A DNA stretch of 64,000 bases from Azolla caroliniana (taxonomy: Eukaryota > Plantae > Polypodiophyta), in the NCBI GenBank assembly GCA_043228905.1, contig JBHGNT010000009.1, forward strand, positions 10,664,001-10,728,000, given 5' to 3'. Made by a program: the position numbers and the translations under genes. The notes under the pieces were generated by a model. That model was given only the letters and a program-made list of their open reading frames with translations. It did no database searches and was not told the DNA's origin. Positions 10,885 to 22,324 of this stretch are shown here, piece by piece (positions within the stretch are counted from its first letter, which is position 1; every line of letters begins with the position of its first letter).

Positions 10885-11807
10885 CCGTCACGTCACCTTT
10901 TGAGCTTGTCGAATGGGATTTCATGGGACCTTTTCCCGAAACCTCGAGGGGCAACAGGTATATCCTAGTCATAACATAATACCTCACTAGATGGGCTAAA
11001 ACTGTTGCCATCCCTGACGTCCCTACGCCAACAATTGCCTCCCAACTTTTGCAGAAGGTAATTTTTCAGCATGGTTGTCCTATCCAACTCTTATCTTATC
11101 AGGGCCGCTAGTTCCATGGGGATGTCCTCAACGTTGTTGCAACTCAACTAAGTTTCCATCAAGTGTTTACGTCCCTGTACCATCCGCAAACAAATGGCCT
11201 CACCGAACGCCTCAACAAGACCCTCAAGCAGGAGATTGCCGCTTACATCACTCCATGCCACAAAACCTGGGACCGAATCTTGCCTTTCATCACCCATGCC
11301 TACAATACATCCGTACATGTGTCAACACAGATAAACCCTTTTCAAGCACTCTATGGGTGTGACCCTCGGCTCCCATCAGAATCATCCATTGACATCCATT
11401 CCAAACCTATCAACATGGATAGTGCCACTTGGGGGTTCTATCTCCAACAAATGCTCCCCCTCCTTCGACAAGCCAGCTCCCGAAATCTACAAGTTGCACA
11501 ACAACGCTAGAAGCGGCACTACGACGTGGGTCGAATTACCTCGACTTATGCTAATGGAACCAAAGTTCTTGTTTACTTCCTGGTCTAGCGGCGCAATCTC
11601 AGCAAATCCCTCATGCACCGATGGATCGGCCCATTCACCATAGTTCACGCCATCAAATCAACTACTTACTTGCTCCAATGTGATTCCAACGGCCGATTCA
11701 CCACCACCGATGTTGCCCGTATCAAGCCCTATGCTACCCCAAGCCTATCTTCTAGCACCCCTCCTTTCCCCATGTCGTAAAACTCCTTGTTTTTCTTAGG
11801 GGGGAAA

Positions 11808-11986
11808 TGCGGTGTCCCTTTCATGCAAGTGCATGCCTTTTATCACCCCACCCCTTTTAGCACACCCTTTTGGGCACGCATGTAGCTAGGCCACCCCAAA
11901 ATGGGTACCTTTGTATCTTCTATAAATTGAACGATAAGTAAGAAGCTAAGCAAGTTGGTTTGGATTCCTCTTATGTGCATTTCACA
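11808..11986 (+). repeat. short (~179 bp) 3' LTR of gypsy B
   Basis: Follows the PPT; TG...TTTCACA ends; homologous to 44159-44354 on the opposite strand. Confidence 0.8.
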
Positions 11987-12146
11987 ATATGTATGTATGG
12001 TAATATATTTTACGTGCTAATATGGAATCTTTCATGTGGAATTGAAATATTATAGGTGCTACCGTTTCTAGTACTCTTTTTGTAGTTGTTTGCTATGTAT
12101 ATTTAATCTTGGAAATTCCAAGTGGTGTCCAATGCTTCCTGCCAGT

Positions 12147-13912
12147 TTGAAAATGTGAATGTGTTATTGTGTCATTTCTTCTTGTATTGGCGAATGATCC
12201 GTAGGTAGAGTATTCCATGGTATAAAGTCAAAAAACCATGAAAAAGCCCAAATTATGAAACTTAACTTTACTTCGAACATGAATGAGTTACATATTATTG
12301 TGAATGTGAATGAGTGAGTTTGAAAATGTGAACATGGAACGTCAGCGGGTTTGGAAATGTGAATGTGTTATTGTGTCATTTCTTCTTGTGTTGGCTTATG
12401 ATTTGGAGGTAATATTCCATGGTATAAAGTCAAAGAACCAAGAAAAAACTGAAATTATGATAGTTAACTTTACTTGGACATGAGTGAGTTGCATATTAAA
12501 GTGATAATCAAACATAGACCAACGTGGTTAGGGCCCGATGCTGATTAGAAGGATCATAGGGTAAAAGATCTACAATTGCAAAAGACGAGAATTCATCATG
12601 TTGTAACTTGTAAATGTGAAAACAATTGTATAATAATTGTGGAAGCTAAGTGACCATCTAGGGAGAAGTGGTGTTGCTTGCTATTCTATTTTTATTTGGC
12701 AAATGAGCTCTTGAAAGCTTAAAAAAAAGTGAGCTCATTATTAGCTATAAAAAGAAGTGAACAATTCACAAGAATGCATGGGGGCTCTATGATGAGAACA
12801 TTGTTAATTCTTTGGCTATAGGAACATGTCATCAGGGGACCATTGTTTGACTTGTATTTCCACAAAAATCAGCTAGTATTTGCTTCCAATATTGTTTTGA
12901 GCTACAAAATCACTTTCCAACCAAAGTCATTCATATGTGTATTCAAGCTATTTTGAACTCGACAAGCATTAAATAAATAATAACTCTTTTGACATTCTAT
13001 AAAGACCTATTTCGTTGGAGCATGTTGTCAAAATAGTTCACCGGCATTCCACCTAAAAATCTCGCATGCATTCTTGGTTAAGAAATCAATGATAGAAAAT
13101 TTGATTCCAATATCATAACAATCCGTGCATAGGCCACTTTACAAATTTCCAATACATCAACTTTTCATCTTTTGAGGTTCTCGACTTGCTTGATCTTTGG
13201 CAGGAATTTTGCACATTAGAGGTTATCTACGTTGGAGGACAAAGTCATTAGTGAATTATGAAAAGAAGCATCTTAAGAGTTATAGAAAAACAAATTTTCA
13301 ATCCAGCAACTAAAGCCAACAAGTTCACTTGTATCAATCAAACTTTGTAAATGTTTTGTTATATAATAGGGCACAAAGGTATGGTCAACAACATATGATT
13401 AAGTGTTTGATGATGACAAATTTACACCTTTTACACTACATATTCCGGCACCATGAACACATTTTATAATAAAGGTGTTGAATTCAATACCACTATTAGG
13501 GCCTCTTAAATGTAAATACATGAAGTGTAAAGTGACTACATACCCTAAACCAAATGTCGAAATCCTAAAAAAGAAAGAAGTCGAAGAAGAAGAAGAAAAC
13601 CAAAAAGAAAGTAAAAGTTTTGAACTTTTACACCTCTCTAATCCTAAGAATAATAACTCAAACCACTAAACCATTCATTTTTAATGATTTGCTTTATCAT
13701 CAATTTATTACTTTTAAGTTTTTGAAGTTTTTAATGTCAAGCTTTGAGTTGGTTGGGTTCCTAGTGACAGAGGCCGTAAGATAGTTGGGCTGTCCTGGTG
13801 ACAGACATTGTCGACTTTTTATCCACATCGGATCAGACGGTGGAAATCGTACGTGCCCTCAGCTGAGCGACCTGCACCGTCTGTGCCCACGATTTCCTTC
13901 ACTTTAGCCCTC
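12147..13912. repeat. dispersed repeat, copy 1 (possible DNA-transposon derivative), ending ~270 bp upstream of the PARN-like gene
   Basis: Collinear similarity to 25605-26524 (gtattccatggtataaagtcaaa; attagaaggatcatagggtaaaagatctacaattgcaaaagacgagaattcatcatgttgtaac; gggcacaaaggt; terminal gtgcccacgatt...gccctc). Internal ~200-bp duplication at 12147-12500. Confidence 0.7.
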
Positions 13913-14177
13913 TTTATTAATATTTGGCAGTATGTAGTTAGACACGAGCTACATACATATATACATACAAATGTGGCAGTATGTATGTATGTATGTATGT
14001 ATAAAACTCTCGCTGCCTCCTGCCAGACTAATCTATACTATACATATGTATGTACATGACTGTCTTCTTTCTTCGTTCATGCTTTTGAAAGAGAGAAGAC
14101 AGTCGTCATGTACATACATTATGTATGTATGTACTTGAAAGCCCAAACAACAACGCAACGCATGAATTCTTGGTGCC

Positions 14178-14542
14178 ATGATGAGTCTTCTTCGACGACG
14201 ACCAGGTTTTCATAGCCTCCTCCTCCTCCTCCTCCGCCACCGCAACAGTAGCAGTCGTAGCTGTAGCCGTCACAGAAACAACAGCAGCAGCAGCAGCAGT
14301 TGTAGTAGTAGTAACTGCCTCCATGGTCATGGTCATGGTCATGGCCATGGCGATGGCGATGGCGATGGCGATGTGACATTATTATTGCCTTCCTCGTCTG
14401 TGACAGTGGTGACGAGGAACAACTTCAGAAGCCTCCTTGACACAAGCATCAGACGGCATATCCGTGGAGCTGACTTCCTGTCCATCCACGCAAGTGTCAC
14501 GGGGAGGAGGACGGCAAAGCCTACTCACCCCTCCCTCCAAAC

Positions 14543-14573
<31 letters not shown>

Positions 14574-17500
14574 ACCTCCTACCACAACCTCAGGGACTCT
14601 GCGCAGCGTTTTGCCATGCTCGAGCTCGGACTCTGTGCCTTCTCATGGCGAGGATCTCAGTTCGTAGCCAAACCGTAAGCTTCCTTCCTTCCTTCCTCTC
14701 TTGCCTTTCTTTCTTTCTTTCTTTCTTTCTTCCCGCTTTCTTTGCACATGCTTTCTCTCGTCTCTCTCGTCTCTGATCAACCATTGTATTTCAGTTTAAC
14801 ATTCTATTCTTATAAGCTTGGTGTCTGTGCTTTCTAGCGGCGAAACACTGCATTTCGTTTCGTTTTGTTTCCAAACCCTAAGCTTTCCATCTCCACCAAC
14901 CCATTTCCTTCCTTCCTTCCTTTCTAGGAGTTTCTTTGCGTCTCTTTCTTCTGACGGTGGTCTCTACTTCTCTGACCTTGTTGGAAACAAAGGCTCATCA
15001 TGTAAAAGAAAATCACTGGTCTCCCGATGGTTACTTCTTGTTATCTAGACTAGCGCGTTTTTCTCTGAGAAGCTACCTGTGAAATGCTTCTCATGTCAAA
15101 TTAGGCAAAAAACTACATGGAAAAGGCTAACCTTACCAAATTTCTGAATATTTATGGAACATACTGCATTATGTGCAACAGTGCAAGAGATTGAGCAACT
15201 TCATTTTCATTTTCAGGGTGGAGGAATAGATAAATAATTTGAATCTTTGTAATTGCAGGTTCAACTTCTATTTATTTCCTCGAGATGGTCAGAAATTGGG
15301 AGTAGACAATGACAGCTTTTTGTGTGAAACTGCAAATTTGGAGGCTATGGCAAACCTTGGATTCAATTTCAATACATGCATTCAGCATGGTAATCCAAGA
15401 CATCTTCTCATGTTTTGGTTATGAATTAATTTTGACAAGAGGGTTAAAAAAGAGGATGCATGAGGTCTACTTTTTATGAGAGAAACAAGAATAGAACCAT
15501 GTGTAGCAGGATTATTACCATGCTATCTTATCTGCTAAGCATAGGTGGTTTCTTGTTGCCTTTAAATAAGATTTCTGTTCTTTTATTATTTTAACACTGA
15601 ACTTTTTGTTTGGCTTATGTACTATGCAAGCCCAAGGTTCCAGTCAATAGATATCAACCATTTTTGAAATATAGCAATACTTGCAGAAACCATCACATAT
15701 TAGTTATGGGCATCCTGCTGGCTGATTATGCCTTTCTTTTTCTGTTTGCTCAAATTGGCATTATTATTTTGTGGTAGTAGTACATTGTTACACTGGATAT
15801 TAAAATACATCCAAAATTTTCAAGAATAAACTTGTTTAATTCTGTGATGAAAAATTCTTTTTGCATTGCTTTATCATTTGACTGTCTCAAAAGTTTATGA
15901 ACAGTTATGGATTGCTATAAAATTTGTAAACCCTCATAGGATCTGACCTGTAACAGGAATTTCATACATGTCCAGAAATCAAGAGTCAGTGGCAGGAACC
16001 AGAGTGGGTTTTGAACCCGAGGATTATGCCGGAGTTCAAATGTTTGGGAAAATTAGACAGCGGTGTTCAAACAATGTGGAAATGACTCCTGCAGACAAGA
16101 TGTTTTCACAACATATAAGGAATAAAATATTGGAATGGCTTTATGAAAATAACGAGGGATGTAGAACATTAAATGGAGATGTCTGTCAGAGCATTCAAGG
16201 AGAATCTGACCTGAGGAGTGCTATGTATAAGAGGTTATCAAATTCACATGTGATATGGTATAAATCATGCGAACCTCCTGGGCTCTTGCGTCCATCAATG
16301 AAGTGGGAATCCCTAGGTCATCACGAGGTTTTGGTGCTTTTGGAGGTGAAGCAAACATTTCCCCCATACATATTTATGATTCTGAGAATTGTGCATCAAG
16401 TTAATATTAAAATGGATGTTGGCAGAAACATTGCTGCATTGTGCATGTATCTTGTCTGCCACACTAATTGCTTACCATATCCTTGTCAGAAATTTTGGTT
16501 GTAGGCATGAATAGTAATAACTACTACCCGAGGGAATACTATTGTGATTCAATAAATGTTATTACATGCCTTTTCTGGTAAGGGTGATTATGGGATATGC
16601 AATTTCTGTTTACAAGATATTTAGTTGTGGGGAATGTGCATCCTATATGTAAAGGATTTATGAGCCTGTGTAATAAAACTTTAACAGCTAATTGGTAGAG
16701 CTTTCGGCACAAACAAGTTACTTTCTAAGGTCAACCTCACTTTAGACATTTAGATCAGTACAAACAAGTCAGTTTCTACAGCTTTTTGTGCAAACTAGTG
16801 AGTTTTTAAAGTCAACTTCACCTTAGACATTTAGGGTTGCATGAGATGAGAAACTAACTCAGAAATGCATATAGATACTGCAAAATGACACATTTTCTAG
16901 TGCTTACATGTGAAGTAGACATCGACATTCCCAAAGGATAATCATATAATCCAATGGGAATGATTGTTTGCAGGTAATTCAGCTTGATTACAAAGACCTG
17001 GTAGCTGTTGTTCAACCAGAAAGTCCTTCAAGCAGAAACAAGAATGTGCATATATTCTATGTTGCATCCGAGGCAGAGCGAGTCCTCTTGCTGGTTGGTC
17101 TCATTGCCAACTAAATAATAGTTGCTTATACTAATCTAAATAAGACTAACCTGTCATTCTGTCTGCATGGAAGTCTTAATGTTAGCTATTTATGCCAATA
17201 ATCAACTCAATACTGAATTATGGATGCTCTATTGTATACTTGGTGATAATGATTTATATATTCTGGATGTCTACGTCATGTAATCAAACACTAGCCTCAT
17301 TCGGAAAATTAGCCTTCATTAGAGAGCTTTGAAGTGAAAATAAGGAGTGGATTAGATGACGACATCTCATATGGTCTATACACAGTCACAGCATGTGTAT
17401 CACTGTAAATCTGCTGCATGTCCTTTCCAATGGAGCTACAATTCTGAAAGCAAGCAGATAGACAGGAGTTCATTGTAACTTCCATATTGAGAACTCCTAA

Positions 17501-19759
17501 TGATCACCCTGAGGAACTTGGAATGGGTATTTGAATAAGGACCACCCAGGAATAAGGGACCCTGACTCTCGTCTATCAGATGTCTCTTGTTATAGGGACC
17601 AATTCTATAGCTAATTTTAATGGGTCAAGGGTAGGATAGTCAGGAAACCAGTTATCCTATGAACTGGGACAAACCCATATGGACCTATGAGACGTGGGAG
17701 TCCTAGGTGTTGAGCTATATAAAGTGGACTAGCTGCCCCCTTCATTACATCATCCTGAGGCGCTGTCGAGCCTCTATTGGTGAGGCTAAGCTCTCTTCTT
17801 TGGATCCGTTATTCAACATCCAAGGTATAACATAAGGCAATATTGTGACATCTATGGTTTTTTATGTTTGTTTCGTGTCCTTCGCATGGCGGTGGTCCGT
17901 GTGGTTAAGTATCCTTAATCTATTATTTCTTTTGCTTATCCTTAGTATGATCTGTAATATCTCTACAGACTGTACCTGAACTGCATGCGGTCTCTTCTTT
18001 TCCCACTGAAAGGATTCTAAGAGACCCGTCCCATGTTGGAACTTTCTGTCATTCTCTACTTCCCCTGCCTCCCCATTCAGAAGAACTTCTCATTCCTTGA
18101 GTGGGTTTCTCCCCTCCGTGTTAATGTGAGGAGTGAATGACCTTGAACCTTAAGTAACTGTGTTGGCATACCTAAATCAAGAAGTTATGAAACTTGGCCT
18201 ACTCTTTATATGAGCACTGATGAACATATCTAGAGATGCCAAAGCATCTAGTCTGTGCAATGTATGAAATGGCTAACAAAATCTGTACCTTCTGCGAAGG
18301 ATTTGTTTAGTATTATTGATTAGAGTATGCATTTCCAGTTTTATAGTTAGATTTATTTATTTTTATTAAGTATTTTTCTTTTCTCCCTTATTATGTTTGT
18401 GTGTGTGAGATGTAAGTATCACCTCACTCTTTATGCCTGCATTTTTTACATTAGTGACCCTGATTTGATATCAGTTTCCTTTCTAATAAGGAAGAGCTGG
18501 ACCAAGGAGAAAACAAAGAAAAAGAGAGGCAGCTTGTTGAGTCTATAGGCTTCCGGCATGTTATTGATTGCATTGTGGAATCAAAAAAGGTTGTTGTAGG
18601 GCATCATTGTATTCTTGGTAAGCAGATTCTCTAGCTACTTCATGCATGAGAAAAATTTAGGGAGCGGCTTATAATATGTATTTTTGCAGATTTTCTTCAT
18701 ATTTTCAGGAGCTTTTTCAAACCTCTTCCGTTGAATGCTTCCAAATTTTCATCCATGCTGAGAGAACATTTTCCTTGCATTATTGACACAAAATATCTTG
18801 CAAAAGAAATTCTGCATTTGGACAAAGACAGTACATTAGAGAATTTGTACTTGAAATTATGTTGTGATCGTGGCAAGAAAAGCTTAAAGGTATCAGTTGA
18901 AACATCAGATGTACTGGTGTCAAACAGAGCTCATTGTGGGAGGTATGATCTCAATATCTTTTGACGACTGAATTTCAAGTGCATGTCCAGTATCTAGATT
19001 ATTTTTTGGTGGAAGTGAAAACAATGGAAGTTTCAAGGCATTTGGCAATTTAGAGGAAAGCCTAGGGGAATTTTGGAGCCCCTAAATCTTAATGCATAGA
19101 ATAATATATTGAGAATGTGATTATGCTGCTAATTGGATGAGTTTGCTTGCAGACAACGATTACAAATCAAAATCTGCAATAGTGGAAATAAGGCTTACAT
19201 GGCAGGGTGCTTGTTTGCGCACATGTGTGATGTGACAAGCACTGATCCTTGTGAGATAAAACAGTTCGTTGATACCAACAATAAAAAGGGAATAAGAAAA
19301 CATGTGAACATGTTATATCTGAACACCTTAGTTCCTCTAGTTCTTGATCTGTCAACTGGATATGAAGTCAACTCTATTGTTAGCTTAAAAAGGCAAATCG
19401 ATGACCCCAATGCGTTAGTAGCTCTTCTATGGGGATATACGAGTGGAACTACTCTATCGTCGCTACAATCAGCAATAAATCAAGCTTTGAAAGCCAAGAA
19501 TTTAGTGGACATATATCCATTAGATGATAGTTCGGCACTTGCAAGATTTTACAGTGCTGAGGCGAAGGAACAATTTCTAGCTATAATTGAGAGATATGGG
19601 AAACTGCATGGAGTGGGTGGATTCAGAGTAGCACGATTCGCAGCTTATGAATTCCTTTGCAAATATGCCCCTTCAATGCATAAACTTGCAGATTGTGCTG
19701 AGAGCAGGAACTTGGGATCATCGCAACTAAAACAAATTACAACAAGAATAATTCTCTAG
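14178..19759 (+). CDS. PARN/CAF1-family ribonuclease-like protein, RRD1-like and probably catalytically inactive; 7 exons, ~707 aa
   Basis: Exons 14178-14674, 15259-15389, 15957-16345, 16974-17093, 18491-18617, 18690-18942 and 19153-19759; all introns GT-AG and phases join (2124 nt, divisible by 3). PARN motifs VTRNNF..ADFLSI, FNFYLFPRD, GFNFNTCIQHGISYMSR, GFRHVID, VVGHHCILD, IIDTKYL. Arg/Ser/Leu-rich N-terminus resembles a mitochondrial presequence. Confidence 0.88.
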
Positions 19760-20279
19760 GACTACAGTATTTCTTGGCAAATGTGGATGGTAGTGCGCTT
19801 TCATAAATCTCTTTTAAATTTTGTAAATTTAAAACTCTTTAGTGCTCTTATATTGCAAGATGATGGGGCCCATTTATTCATCGCTAGTTTGTGTGCGGGA
19901 TAGGACCTGTTGTGATTGTCATTTTTTTGCATTTGATGAAGCATGACATTTTTTAATCTTATAACTCACTTTGTGAAATGATATGCTGAAATATGCATCA
20001 CCATTTACTGTGAGGTTACTGTATTTCTATTGCATATAATGTTGGTAAGGGGTTAGGGTTGATGGCATCTTGTGGTGCAGGGTAAGGAGCAACTTGAAGG
20101 AGCAATGGGAAGGAGCTCCTTCGAAAAATCATGGCAAAATGGGCACGAAGGACTCTAGGCTTAGGGTTATTTTAATCATTCGGAGTTGTATTTTGTAACA
20201 TCAAATATATTATCTCAATGTACTATCTAATGTAGTTGCTAGCCTTTTTGTATATTTTGGAACCAAGGTTGCCACCAAT

Positions 20280-20351
20280 TGTTGAGACTCGTGGGTAGGA
20301 GATAGAGTGAGACGAGAGCGATAGCGAAAGAGAGAGGGTGTGTGTGTGTGC

Positions 20352-20398
<47 letters not shown>

Positions 20399-22276
20399 GA
20401 CTTGAAATAGAAATGAGATTATATTATGATGAAACAAGATTACAATGAGTAGGCTAAGGGCTAAAGATTGGTGTTGAACCGAATGAGTTGAAATGAATGT
20501 ATGGACACTTTTTTATAGATCCTTATAGAGTATTTTAGAATGTTTTAGAATATTTTAGATTTTTATGATAAGAAATATAAGCATGAAATATTAAAGGATG
20601 TTCTAGAATATTTTAATATCTCGTAATAATTAAAAATATAATTATTATAATCATATACCATATATGTTATTACAATGGTTAAGGGTTTAACACATAAACC
20701 AAGAAGTTGTGGGTTCGATTCTTAATAAGCGAAAATGTTGTCTTCATGACATTATCCCCCCTTTCGATGATAAGTTCTATGAGTCGAAAGACAAGAGTTT
20801 GGACTTGGTTTATGGGGATATTTGTTGTGAAATGTAACAACCATGTCGGAGGCATTAGCAAGATACTCGACAAGCTCCCATGTTCGATCATTAGGTGTAT
20901 AACTTAACCAATCAATTAAATAATATAGTTTATTGCAGATGATCTTGGAGTCGAGAATGGCAGTAACCTCATATTTAGAGTCATTGAAAACTTTGATTGG
21001 AGGTGGGGGAGGTGTAAGACGACTCGGAATAGAGCTTGTTGTGTAGGGCTCCAAAGGTGAAACATGGAAGATCGGGTGAAGACATATATGAGGAGGGAGA
21101 TCAAGATGAAATATCACATCATTGATCTTACCAGAGATCACATATGGGCTGAAACGTTGATAATCCAATTTGTAGCAAGGTCGGGTGGTTTTAATGCTAC
21201 CTTGTAAGAGCCATACACGATCTCCTACTTGAAACATAGTCGATGAATCACGTCGATGACGATCAACAATCTTCTTTTGAGTGTTTTGGGCATCACATAA
21301 ATGATGCAAAAAGTATATCCTAAATTTCTTGGAGTCGAGTGAGTCGATCTTCAGTAATCGGGTTTTTCGAGAGTTCAGGATGTTCAAGCATCGTCCAATG
21401 AGGATGGTACCCAATGTTAGCAAAAAATGGGGAATATCCAGTAGAAGAATGTTCGGAGTTTATGTAAGCAAATTCCGCCAAATGTAATAAATTCACCCAA
21501 TCATCTTGTTGATAGTTGACAAAACAATGTAGATATTGTTCAACTGTTTGGTTGGTGCGCTCACTTTGCCCATTAGTCTCTGGATGGTAGCCGGAAGAGA
21601 GTTTACAAGAAGTATGTAAGAGTTTGAACATGTGCCGCCAAAATTTCGAGATGAATTAGGGACCCCGATCACTGATAATATCATCTAGAAGACCATGATG
21701 GCGAAATGCCTCCCGCATGAGTAAATCGGTTGTCTCTTGACTAGTAATGGTCTTTGTGCATGTAAGGAAATGCGTCATCTTCGTAAAACGATTGACTATC
21801 GTGAGAATAGAATCAAATCCCTTGGAAGGTGGAAGATCCGTAATAAAGTCCAAGGAAATAGATTTCCATGGGCTCTTCGGAATAGGCATTGGTTGTAATA
21901 GGCCATATGGATGATGTCGAGGCTTTTTTTATCAGCAACATGTGTCACAACTACGAACATAATCCGTAACAAAATGGCGAAGCTGTGGACACCAATATCG
22001 GCGAGAAATCAACTCAAAAGTCTTGTGGATGCCGAAATGTCCATCCATTGGCGTGTCATGACATTGTTGCACGACTTTGAGTTGAGAAGGACCGTTAGGC
22101 ATAGGGATCGACAACGATTCGGTTTAGGCTTAGCCGATTTGACCTGATCCAAGCCAAACTGGCTAAGCCTAAACCGTTTACGGGATCTCAAACCTGAACC
22201 GAACCGAACCGATTTAGGCTAAACCGGTTTGGTAAACGTCTTGGAAACCGGTTTCCAAGCCAGGCCGGTTTGGAAA

Positions 22277-22324
<48 letters not shown>

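Larger units (their letters stand above)
3174..11986 (+). mobile_element. degenerate Ty3/gypsy element B (RT-RNaseH-integrase plus a short 3' LTR), interrupted by nested insertions
   Basis: RT (FRFCIDFRPLNKVTIHDLYPLP...LVHLDDILI) 3335-3894, resuming at 9234; RNaseH (LAHPNFDQPFTLQTNAS...YSTTKEELLAIVW) 9592-9951; integrase (CDLCQH, WDFMGP, YHPQTNGLTERLNKTLK, RWIGPF) ~10100-11760; PPT agggggg-aaa immediately before TG at 11808. Confidence 0.9.

Noticed and set aside
17588-17832. Solo LTR in intron 4 of the PARN-like gene (TGTTATA...TATAACA with a TATA box)
   Set aside because: No TSD and no second copy in the window; possibly an old repeat but not supportable.
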